Shown in pieces: positions 36,217 through 50,500 of a stretch of 64,000 nt of DNA. The stretch comes from Spirogloea muscicola (lineage: Eukaryota). A program made the translations under genes and the position numbers. The DNA lies in NCBI GenBank assembly GCA_009602725.1, contig WELB01000009.1:279480-343479 (forward strand). Direction: 5' to 3'. The notes beneath the pieces are model-generated. The model was given only the letters and a program-made list of their open reading frames with translations. It was not told the origin of the DNA and did not search any database. Position 1 is the stretch's first letter. Every line of letters starts with the position of its first letter.

Positions 36217-36305
36217 CTTTGGCTGCTGCTTCTGGTCTTTGCTGTGGTAACAATCTATTTGCTGCAAGCTACTTGGACTTGCGGCTGCTGACTGGGAAGT
36301 ACTGG
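36217..36305 (+). mobile_element. Degenerate CRE-like RLE C-terminal relic
   Basis: Translates as LAAASGLCCGNNLFAASYLDLRLLTGKY, homologous to the LAAASG...SYSDLxLLTRGY tail of the cluster copies. Confidence 0.6.
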
Positions 36306-36985
36306 TGCTGCTTGCTATATAGCCTTGACTCACCCTGCTGCTTTTCTCTCAAGATCCTACCCATTGATCGCAAAGCAGTCCACAGTCCAGTCGTGGAACA
36401 CAACAGCCACATCAACCGGTAAAACGAGAGCAACGCAGTGGTATTTGAAAAGATTAGACGTCCCCTGACTAAACACAGTAGGCGATGACAGGCCAAGCAG
36501 TGCCAAAAATTACTGCACAGCTGCTTCAGACAATGCATACGGACCCTTTCCCACACACTGGTACCTCAGTGTGACTGGAAATGGTCTGGCTCATTGTTGT
36601 CGGCACCAGCAGTTGTTCAAAAAAAGCCACAATAGACCTGCAAGAGCCACAAGCTTATCTGCAAATGTGGCGACTCTGGCATCTCACACATAACATGAGC
36701 ACAAGAACAAAATGGTGAAGTGTTGCGCTTATTGCACTTCAACCAAGTAGCAGCTGAGCAACTTTGTTGCTGCTCTTCTACCAGTGACAAGAATGAATGA
36801 ATGGCTTAGGTAACAAATGTGCAGCAGCAGCAGCAGAAAGAACGCCCAACGTCGAACGAGGCACTGAAGCCTCAAGGATAGGGTCTCAAGATCCAGGCGA
36901 AGTGCACTGGCACCAAGGACGTGGCAACGTAGTGGTCTTAGAGCAAGCCACCGCCCCTCCTGAACTCTCATGCATGGTGTGGTAA

Positions 36986-39900
36986 TCAGGATCTCAAGTA
37001 CACGGGCTTGACACTGCTCCCGTCTTTCTTCTTCAGCTTGACCTTCTTCGCCTTCTGGCTCTGCTTGGCCACCACGTCCATGAGGGCGCTGTGCAGGCCC
37101 AAGCTCTCCGCCTTGCTGGCAAGCCTGCCAAGGCCACTCTGACGTTTTGCATCTGGGGTTCCTTGGAGAAGCTCATAACGCCCGTCTGGCCGCAGTTCCC
37201 AAGCTTGGCATCTGTCAGCCAGGCAAGCGTCCAGAAAGTCCTGCATACAGAACCGAGTACCATGTGCTGCCTTAGGCCCTCATCGGCACATACCAGTTGT
37301 GCGGCAAGATCTTAGATATGTGTCTGCCGGCAGGACTTCTCAGATGCAGAGCCGAGAACACTCACTTGCAGCTCTCTCTTGATGGCCTCGTCCTGGATTG
37401 GCGTGACAACCTCGACTCGCCTGACCAGATTGCGGGACATCCAATCAGCGGAGCCAATGAAGTATTTTGGATCACCCCCTGCACATTGCAACCAAATAAG
37501 TCGGGGAGTGTCAGTGTGACTTATCCAATTCAAGTGCAGTTGGTTGCAAGCTCACTACTTACATGGACGATTTGACATAAATCACACAATGAAAAGGGGC
37601 CATGTGCCCACCATTCTCGAAGCGAAAAATGCGATGGTGCTCTAGAAACCTTCCAATGATGCTGATCACACGAATATTCTCACTGCAGGGCAACATCACA
37701 ATTCGCGCATTCAGGACAACCTTCTCAAGGACAGCAATGCTGCAAGCAAAACAACTTCTCCAAAGACACTACTACGATAGTTGCTACCAGTTGAGAACAA
37801 AAAATCGTAAGTATTGTCTGCCAGAGAAATGGAGACTCGTGTCCGCTGCACATGCACATTACCTGATCTTTGGAACGCCAGGCCGTATCCGACACATGCC
37901 TCGCACAATGCAGTCAATCTTTACCCCAGCATTTGAGGCCTCATAGAGCTTGGCTACCATGACCTGAGGCACAACAAGATACATACCTAGATCAGTATTC
38001 CACAGTGCACATTCTGTCCTGAACAAGATAAGAGCATCTCGCTTGAGGTCAGGCAGCCTTTGAGAGGACTCACCTGGTCGTCAAGGCCATTGCACTTTAC
38101 AATAACACTAGCGGGCAAACCTGCTGCCGCATTTGCAATCTCCCTGTTGACAACACAATGAGAATGCCCATATGTCAAGCGTGCCCAGAATGCTGACGGC
38201 AAGGACGCATCACTAATGTAGCTTCTTTGGACACATGCTGTGTTTACTCAATCTGTGAGCTTGCTGTATTTCCTCAAACAGTGAGCTTGCCTGTCAATAA
38301 GATGGACAAACTCCTTCCTCATTGTGCCAGGAGCCACAAGGAGCTTGCGGTATGCAAGCTGCAGGAACAGAAACCAGGCACGTTCTCAGAAGATGACACA
38401 TTGCTGCTTTGACAATGACAATGACGGTGCACCTCGCCAAAGGATCTATGTGCCGAAGTTACCTGTCTGTGATAACCTGTAAGGTACTTGAAAAGGTCCG
38501 CCACGTCTCTGCCCAATTTCACATCGCAGCTGCCAGAACAAGGACAGAGCAATTAGCTCTGTCACCTCATAGCACACAAGCACATGCTGGTCTGGCAGCT
38601 GATGGCATTGCTAAGCCTGCCAGTATGCACACCTGAAAAGGCCAAAGTCAGTGTACACAGATGCTGTGCGTGGGTTGTAGTTTCCTGTGCCAATATGCAC
38701 ATAGGTCCTGAGCCCGTCCTCCTCCTGCAGGCAAATGGAAAATAGAGCAATCAAATCGAATGCATTGGTACCAAGAAGTAGGACTGGCTCATAGGTCATC
38801 TACACAAGGCTACCTGTGTGCATAATGAAGTCAGCTCACCAAGATATCGAGCAGCTACTTAAATTGCTTACTTGGGTAAGGCTGCACGAAGCAAATCCGA
38901 AAGAAAAGCAGGTTCTCAAGCGAGATAGCTTTGTGGTCAACCTAGTAACTCTTACTTGATCTTCTAGTTACGAGATCTCTGACAGGGACTCCTCCACTTG
39001 TGTATCACACTAAGTTTGTGAGCCTATCACATCGCAGAATGGCAAGGTCTAACAGAAGCTCATATAGGAGGTCAAACCTGCCGAACGACCATGGTGCACT
39101 TGCAGTGTGTCTTCAAGCCTATTAGTCCGTATGCGACATTGCAGCCAGCATCCTGCAGATGTACAATGCTGCTTAGTCTTAGTCTCAAGGAGCTATAGCG
39201 TAGCAGGTACATTGCCATACGGTCTCAAGCACAGTGTCACAATCTTAAGTTCCTCTTGTGTAGGACTGAAGCGCAATGGAGACTTTGGTCTTGCAGTGCA
39301 GCATCTTCGCAGGTCATCAAAGCGAGACCCACGTCGAGCTGCTCTGCTGATGGAGCTGCCACTATATGGGAAGGTAATGAAGAAGCTCACCTCAAGCTTT
39401 TGAGCAAAGCCCACATTGCGAGCTTCGTCAAATCTAGCCTTGAGCTCAACCAGAACAGCTACCTGCATGTAACATTGTGAGACAAAAGCAACATTGAAGC
39501 GAGTAGCTCATCAAATTCAGGCCTCTTACAAGCAGAATAGGCCTGGCGCTGAATATGAGATTGATAGAAGAGTGTCAGTAATGACACGCCTCTTACACTA
39601 TGTCTAGCCCAAGGTGGTCCCAAACATCTTCGATTACTATAGCGCTATCCTTGGTGAAGAATACATGGACATGCACCTGTTTGCCACACTCCGCAGCATG
39701 TGCCAAAGCAGAGATGACGGGACTGTCGGCGCTTGTCCTGTACAAGGTAGCCTTGATGGCCGCAACCTTGGGGTCCGCAGCAGCAACTTCCACAAAGTGC
39801 TGAGTGCTTGTCGCAAAGCTGTGGTAGGGGTGATGGACTATGATGTCCCCACTTTGGATAACACTGAACATGTCATCCCCCTGCATGAACATCACACATC

Positions 39901-42900
39901 TGCATGACTTTCAAATACTTACTAAAGCAATGGGCTTTTTCCAGTCATGATAGCAATGCGTGCATCCCTTCCACCTAGTCTAGGAGCTCCAACTGCAATA
40001 TGAGTGGTGTCTTGACTGTCAAGGCATGATCAAGCTACTGCCAGCTTGGGCATGTGGGCTCTAGAAGTGAGGGCCTCAGCCTGATTGTGTAAGCTTATAA
40101 AAGCCTGTCAGAGAGACATGAGCGTGGCACTCTGGGATAATACATGTGGCTTACCCCCAGTAAACGGGGATGCGTCTTTGGTGACCATGGTGAATACTGA
40201 AGGGGCGTCTCCATGTCAAACTTGAGGGGGATGGCGTCAAGCTCCCCAAGTGCCAATGGCCCGCTAATGTGGTACACGTCTATTTTGTCGCTGAGCTCCA
40301 GCTCAGCTGTGAGCCGCTGCACGACATGCTGCGGCATCTCGCTGTCTACCTCCAGCCGGACAAAAGGCGCAAACTTGCGCTCTCGCATCTGTTAAATGGA
40401 GTTAAGGCACACGCATGTGAAAAACTGTGCTTGCTGAGATGCAGACTAGAGCTGACCAGAGCAAGACAAGTCTGAACAGATCCTTCTAAAAGTATCACAG
40501 TAATGTCTACAACCAGGCAAAGATGAAACAGAGGAATCTTATAAGGTAAACATCTGTATATAACAGAACATACCTCATCTGTTATCATCTCCAGGAGATC
40601 CTCTGCCTCATCCTCGTTCCTAGCTACATCTGCGTTCCTGGTGACCCTGAACATGTGAGCAGACAGAATCTGCACGCCAAAATGGAAAGGCCTCTGTCAG
40701 TCACATCAATTGCATTCATTTGTCGTGTCTGGCATACCAAAGAGAAAGAGGTGAAGGCTGCTCATCACCATCGTCTCACACTAGCACAAGGATTGCACTT
40801 CCGGTTGCAAAGCACTTGTTATGCAAGCAAAGAGCTGCAGGTTGCACAAATGACCTGACCTGCATCCCGCCAAACAGCAGGTCGAGGTTGTTGGTGATGA
40901 CCTGCTCCATTGGCACAAACGTGTTGCGTAGATGCCTGTTACAGGTGTTCCAGCATCTAAGGTTAGAGTGTTCTTAGTTAAAGCTGCAGCTGCTAGCAGG
41001 CTGTACAGTGGAAATGAGCACTGCCTTGAAGGAGGAACGCACTCATCATCTTCGTCAAAGGCAAGCCCTTTCCAACGGTCTGCGCCAGAAGGCACGCTGA
41101 CGATTGCAAATTGTGTTGAATCATCATATGGATCCCTGAGCATCTGGTGGCGGGATAACAAATGTCAGCCTCGACTACAGCAGACTTCACTTTCGACTGC
41201 AAGCACAAGGAATCCTCAGAAAGAAGCTCCATGACAACTGCCAGGTGCTGCTACTGATTTGCGACGAAATGCCTGCCTTTGATGAGCTTCAGGAACGTCA
41301 ACTTTACCAACACTGCAAGGATACCTATTCTATGCTTTAGCATAATCTAAACAGGTGCTCACCACTGCAATGCTCAAAGTCATGTTGCCAATGAAGGGGA
41401 AGGGATGGCCAGGGTCAACAGCAAGTGGTGTGAGAATTGCTTCAAGAGAGGACTTGAAGTAGCTCCGAAGCTGCAAACAGCAGGTTTCTGTGTCACTGTG
41501 CAGATGAGAGCTAAGCAAGAGCTAAGCACAACTTAATCACCCAACTAACCAAGGATAGCAATATACAGACAATGTGCGCTCAATGAGGAGCAATACATAG
41601 CGCTGCTCACATCCTGCTTCGACTCATCGCTGAGCTCCTTGTAATCCAACAGGTGTACGCCTGAGTCGCGCAGCGCCGGCAATATGTCTTGGAGCAGGCA
41701 CTCCAGCTGCGTGTCCACCATGTGCCTCACCTCACTGTCAACGGCCACAGCCCCCACTGGAGGCAGATTCACTTAGCAATGGGCAGCACGCATTCCTCAG
41801 AAGCATAATCATATGCTGGCTTGGTGCCAGCAGCTCTGCCAGGGATTGGCTGCTTGGCTGCGCTTGCTGAAGTGACGAAGCTAAGCTCGTAAGTGTGCTC
41901 ACTTAGCGACCACTTTGAGCTGCTGCTTGGGCGTCCAGGCCATGTCCTTGCGCTCGCCGATCAGGTTCTCCACACCTGCAGCCTCCTGCCGCTTGAGTGC
42001 GCCAACCCGCTTGCTGAAGAACTCGTCCAGGTTGCGGCCGGTGATTGCCAGAAATCTCAACCTCTGCCACATTTGAATAACAATTAAAGGTTGCTCAACT
42101 TGATCTTAAATCAGTTGTCTCGAATTGACTGCAAAGGCTTTTCTAAGTGACTTGCAGTGGACTTCTATTAAATTTGCAGCTTTATCATCCCTGGCAACCC
42201 CAGAGTAAAAGATATGCCACAAGAGTCATCGGCTAATTTCAAATACTAAGTGACAGGGTTTTCCAGTCATTAAGGTACAGCATTTTCTTGTAAGGCATGG
42301 CTTACCTCAAACAAAGGGGTGCTGTGGTCGAGAGCCATGCCCATGACGCGCCAGTTGAATGCGAGCCAGCTGCACACGATAAGCAGGCACAGTATGAATT
42401 CTCATGCTGGTGCTGTCAGAGATCTGAGCGAAGCTTGGCGCCCGGACCTCAACAAAAGTCGTGAGCTGTAGAAGGGAAGATACGTACCTGAGCTCCTTGT
42501 TGTAGACAGCGTCAGAGAGCATCATGGAGTCGATATCAAGGCCCGACACGTCCTCGAGCAACCCGTCCTGCTTCACCGGGGGCATCAGCCCGGGCTTGTA
42601 GCCGGAAGCGCCGGTCGGTACCCTGCGCCGGCCTCCGTCTTCATGGCCATCTAAGTCCGTCTCCTCCTCCTCCTCGAACGCCACCGCGTGGCCGTCGGCC
42701 GACCTCACGGACACCGCCGCGGCCTGCGACAGCTGCTCCTTGATGGCCACCACAGTCTCGCGCTCTGCCTTCAGGATGCTCTGCAGCGCCTCGGCCCGCT
42801 CTGTGGCCTCCTCCAGCGCCTCGCGGGTGACCAGCTCGGTGACGCCGCCGCCGCCGCCATCGTCTGCCGTCACGCGGGCGCGCCCGCTGCCGAGGCGCTG

Positions 42901-43074
42901 CAGCAGCTGCCTGTCGCGCGCCGAGCGCGTCACGGCGCACTGCACCCACTGCGAGCCGGCAGCGGCGCAGCGCGCTAGCTGCAGAGCCGCCGGCTGCGCC
43001 GCCGTCGGCAGCAGCCGGCGGACGCCGGTCAGCGACGGCGCGGCGGGGCCGTGCATCGAGGTCCTCGCAGCCAT
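36986..43074 (-). CDS. PPK1: Polyphosphate kinase 1 (bacterial-type PPK1), about 20 exons, with a transit-peptide-like N-terminus
   Basis: Exons give [92 protein letters not shown] (phospho-His), HIGTGNYN...[29 protein letters not shown] and [16 protein letters not shown]. Confidence 0.96.
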
Positions 43075-43132
43075 GCCGCCTGCCGCATCCACGCGCCGGC
43101 AGCCGGTATCGGCGCGATGCGACGTGGCGGCG

Positions 43133-43164
<32 letters not shown>

Positions 43165-43641
43165 TGCGGCCGCTGCCCGAAGCTGGCGGAAGACAAGTGG
43201 CCGCCATGGAAGGAAGGAACTACATAAGCTGTCCTCCCTCTTCTTCGAGAGAGGCTCTGGTAACAAACATGGGATCATATCGGGGAGAGAGGGTGGCCCC
43301 CCCCGGGGCAAGCCGCCGGTCACAGCTCAGCTACCAACCGGGGGGGCGCGGGTTAGCGCCTCCAGGCGAGGGGCCTGGTAACAGCAACGATGTGGTGGCG
43401 GGGAGGGGGGTTAGGCGGCCTGGGGCGCTTCTCAAGGAAGCCGGTTAACCCGGCTAACCGTGCTCGAGGGTTTGAATCGCCGACGGCCGCCCCCGCCCAC
43501 GGCGGGCTTAACTATAACCCCCACCTCCCGCCGGTAACGGGAATTGTCCTACTTACCGGGAAGTCTTCTACAACTTGCCGGGTTACCGCGGTCCTGCCCG
43601 AAGAATCTTCAGTCTTGCAGGAACAATGTGGCCGGCTTATG

Positions 43642-43700
43642 TTGTCCATTGTTTTTGGGCTGGCTTTGCCAGCCCCTCTTCTCTATGGGCGCGCACTTTC
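43642..43700 (+). repeat. Solo copy of the CRE-like element 3' stem-loop motif
   Basis: ttgtccattgtttttgggctggctttgccagcccctcttctctatgggcgcgcactttc, near-identical to the motifs at 17446-17500 and 25722-25776. Confidence 0.85.
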
Positions 43701-44176
43701 GCTTATGTGGGCTGGCTTTTCTGTGGGCGGCTTACTTTAGCCGCAGCAGTGGGGGGGTTACCCTGCACTTAATGAATGAGCGGGACTTGTGGGGCTAACG
43801 GCCTTTGAAATCCAGCAGCAAGCCATGCAGCAAAGCACATTGTCAAAGACGCCACTTGGCAAGCAGAGCAGCCAGATGCACTTAGCTAAGTGGTGTTTAC
43901 CAGCTGCTTTAGTGGCGCAAGCTTTACACTATGCAACTATAGCCAATGAAGAGGGTTAGAGGACAGGCACAACTTGCATAGCAGCAGAAGAGGCATCTGC
44001 AGAAGAGGCCTCTGTTTTCCACAGTAGCTGTGGCAGTACAGCAGAAAGTGCAGGCAGACATTTGTCAGCCTGCAGTTGGCAACTAATACAAGCAAATGAC
44101 TGATCATAGGCAAACCCCAGTTTGGTCCCAAGCAACGAGGCCCAACTGGAGGCCTTGCGCCCTGCTCAGTTACCTG

Positions 44177-46707
<2,531 letters not shown>

Positions 46708-47554
46708 NNNNNNNNNNNNNNNNNNNNNNNNNNNNNNNNNNNNNNNNNNNNNNNNNNNNNNNNNNNNNNNNNNNNNNNNNNNNNNNNNNNNNNNNNNNNN
46801 NNNNNNNNNNNNNNNNNNNNNNNNNNNNNNNNNNNNNNNNNNNNNNNNNNNNNNNNNNNNNNNNNNNNNNNNNNNNNNNNNNNNNNNNNNNNNNNNNNNN
46901 NNNNNNNNNNNNNNNNNNNNNNNNNNNNNNNNNNNNNNNNNNNNNNNNNNNNNNNNNNNNNNNNNNNNNNNNNNNNNNNNNNNNNNNNNNNNNNNNNNNN
47001 NNNNNNNNNNNNNNNNNNNNNNNNNNNNNNNNNNNNNNNNNNNNNNNNNNNNNNNNNNNNNNNNNNNNNNNNNNNNNNNNNNNNNNNNNNNNNNNNNNNN
47101 NNNNNNNNNNNNNNNNNNNNNNNNNNNNNNNNNNNNNNNNNNNNNNNNNNNNNNNNNNNNNNNNNNNNNNNNNNNNNNNNNNNNNNNNNNNNNNNNNNNN
47201 NNNNNNNNNNNNNNNNNNNNNNNNNNNNNNNNNNNNNNNNNNNNNNNNNNNNNNNNNNNNNNNNNNNNNNNNNNNNNNNNNNNNNNNNNNNNNNNNNNNN
47301 NNNNNNNNNNNNNNNNNNNNNNNNNNNNNNNNNNNNNNNNNNNNNNNNNNNNNNNNNNNNNNNNNNNNNNNNNNNNNNNNNNNNNNNNNNNNNNNNNNNN
47401 NNNNNNNNNNNNNNNNNNNNNNNNNNNNNNNNNNNNNNNNNNNNNNNNNNNNNNNNNNNNNNNNNNNNNNNNNNNNNNNNNNNNNNNNNNNNNNNNNNNN
47501 NNNNNNNNNNNNNNNNNNNNNNNNNNNNNNNNNNNNNNNNNNNNNNNNNNNNNN
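46708..47554. other. Assembly gap preceded by 124 T (46584-46707)
   Basis: N run; the poly-T cuts directly into an SPT2 exon. Confidence 0.99.
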
Positions 47555-50500
47555 GCGCTCACCGGCGGCTGTTGGCGGGGCGTCCTCGGCGGCGGCGGTG
47601 GCGGCGGCGGCGGCGCATGGCGCTGACGCGGACGAGTCCGCGGAGGGGGCGGCGGGCCCTGCGGAGTCCTTGGAGCCTGCAGCGGCAGGCACCGACAGCG
47701 AAGCTGGCGGCGAGAGCCGGCCGCTGCCGTCGCCGCCCGCCAAGCGCCCGCGGCCGGCGCCGGAGCTGCCGAGCCCGGTCTCGGACGCCGCCACGTGAGC
47801 AGCGCCCTCGTTGCCATTCCTTGAGTTTAGGTCACAACTAGGGTGGAACTGTCAAATTGAGCTGTTATAGAGGGGGCGGGGGCTGTGAATGGCCAGCCCA
47901 GAAAGAACGAACAAGGTGTTAAGGCACCGATTCTGTGGAATAATTGTATTGATTTTGACGCAGTGGTAAAAGAATGGCAAATGCGTTAGTAGTAGTGACT
48001 ACTGGAAGAGTCTTCCTCTCCAAAGGGCCGAAACTCGCCAGAAGCACACAGCTATGAGAGATAGGACTTGCCGCAGTGCGATCATGCTAAACGTTATTGA
48101 TTTCTCTGGTAAGCATTGGGTGTTTGGTGGTGGCCATGACGGCCTTTCAGGCACGCGCGGTTCGTGGACAAGCTCCTGGCGCGCTCCGACGCGCAGGGGA
48201 AACTGCTGGAGCGCGGCGCCGTCACCGGTCAAGGCTCTGGCCCCGGCGGCGCGCCGTCGGTCGACAAGTACACGCCGCTGGAGCTCCAGGTGGGCGAGCC
48301 AGTCCCGACACCGGGGCTGGAATCGGTTTTGAATGCCCGCGCCATGGCATAGATGGTGCAGTGCTAAGCCGGCGGCGGTCGTGGCGGGGCCCAGGTGCTG
48401 GACCTCAAGCGCCGCTATCCGGACGTCCTCCTCATGGTCGAAGTCGGATACAAGGTCTGCCAGCGAAACCCACGTCCATTGCCTCAGGCAGTCCTGCATC
48501 CTGAGCCTTGCTCTAGTGTGCGCAGTGCCGCCGGCCTGCCCACCTGCCCAGCACCGCTCAGGGCGCGCGCCGGGCTGCTGCCTCTGCCGCTGCGCCTGCT
48601 GTTTGCAGTACCGATTCTTCGGGGAGGATGCGGAGAAGGCGGCGCGGGTACTTGGCGTCTTCGCCTACTACAGCCGCGCGTTCTTGACGGCGTCGGTGCC
48701 GGTGTTCCGCCTCCACGTCCATGTCCGGTGGCTCGTTGAGGCCGGCCACAAGGTCGGCGTCGTGCGGCAGACGGAGACTGGTGAGCGAGCGGGCCGGCAC
48801 CGCTTCCTCACTGGTCTGGTCGGGCCCTCGGTTGCTGGCATTGACTTGGCAACTTCAGCGGCGGCTTTGACGGTGTCATCCGTTCTTTGGTTGCCTGCAG
48901 CGGCAATCAAAGCGCATGGCGACAACCGCTCGGGGCCATTCACGCGAGGGTTGTCAGCGCTGTACACGGCCGCGACCCTCGAGGCTGCCGAGGACCTCGG
49001 CGGCAACAGCAGCGATGCCGACGCCAGGGGCCGGCTGACCTCCTACCTGGTGTGCGTCACGGAGCGGCCGCTTGCCGGCGGCAAGGGCGACTTGGCGCAG
49101 GGTCCACGTGGTGACAGAGTGGCGGAAGTGCGCATGGGCCTGGTCGCCGTCGAGGCTGCGACCGGCGACGTCGCGTTCGACGAGTTCGATGACCGAGCGG
49201 CGCGGCCCGAGCTCGAGGCGCGCCTCCTCGCGCTGACGCCCGCCGAGCTGCTGTTGGCGGAGCCGCTCTCGGCTTCGACTGAGAAGGTGCATGCTCATAT
49301 GCTATTCAGATAGTGTACAAGAAATCAGAGTGCACCGTGGCTCTGCACAATGCACTTGAATGCAAGGTAGCATGGTTTGGGCTAAAGATGATCATGATAG
49401 TTGTAAGACTGGTGTAATTACATAAGAACAAAATTAGACACAGATATCGGACACTGTGGCCGACTGCTGAATGTTTGGTAGTAACACTACATGTCACAAT
49501 GTATCTTGGCGCACCGCAGGTCCTTGCTGACTATGTTGGGCCCTCAGCCCGCGTGCGCGTGGAGCGCGTTCCCCGGGCGCGTGTTGCCGATGGCGGAGCG
49601 CTCGCTGAGGTCGCCTCCTTCTATGCAGATGGGGCGCCAGTGGCAATCAGCAAGGGGGGCCCCGGCGATGGTGGCAACGGTATCGACGAGGGGCTGCAGG
49701 TCTGCGTCCAATCCTCTGTAGCTGCCTAAGCAGCTGACAAAACTATGTGACAAGACCAGAGTGGGCCTTTCCTTCCGTTGGACAAGTGAAGCTGTCGCTA
49801 CTAGTTGACATTGTCAAGATCAAGCGCTGACTCCATGGTAGCCACTAAGAGCGTGGGTTAAGGGCTCCAGATTTGGGTTAAGGGCTCCAGATTTTGGATT
49901 AGGTGGCACTGGTGGAAGCTTTATACCAGGATATCAGGAAGGAGACGGAATCTTACAAGTTTGGGCAGGGCTCAGGATTTTGGGAAGGATGTGGCACCTG
50001 CGCTTGCGCATGCACTTCCGCAGCTGATTAAGCACTTATGTCAACACCCTCTTGTTGATCTCCTTGCTGTGGGACTCCCTCTGTGGTGGTTATCTCTGAC
50101 CCAAGCCCAGCGAAGCATTCAGAGTGGCCGCACCTGTGCACCCTGTAGGCAATCATGGCAATGCCGGAGCTGGCCGTCCAGGCGTTGGCGCTGGCCGTGG
50201 CCCACCTCCAACAATTTGGCCTGCAGGACATGCTGCGCCTTGGCGCATCCTTCCGGCCTCTGTCTGTCGGTGGCGAGATGACGCTTTCACCGAACGCCCT
50301 CGCCCAGCTTGAGGTACTTTGAATCCTTGTTGTGCTACTGGACAGAAAGTTGCCTAAACAGCAACAATGAAATGAAGATGGGATCAGAACAGATCTACTG
50401 TGAAGTTTTGTCGACACGTGCATGTTGTGTTGGATCAGCTAGAAGAATTTTTAAAAAAATGTTAGGCTCGAGCTTTTGGCCAGGTCTTGCGGAATAGCTT

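Noticed and set aside
36986..43074. PPK1 as bacterial contamination
   Set aside because: It has many spliceosomal introns and sits between eukaryotic genes of the same composition.
43261..43290. Possible PHR1-binding P1BS site upstream of PPK1
   Set aside because: GATCATATC does not fit GNATATNC.
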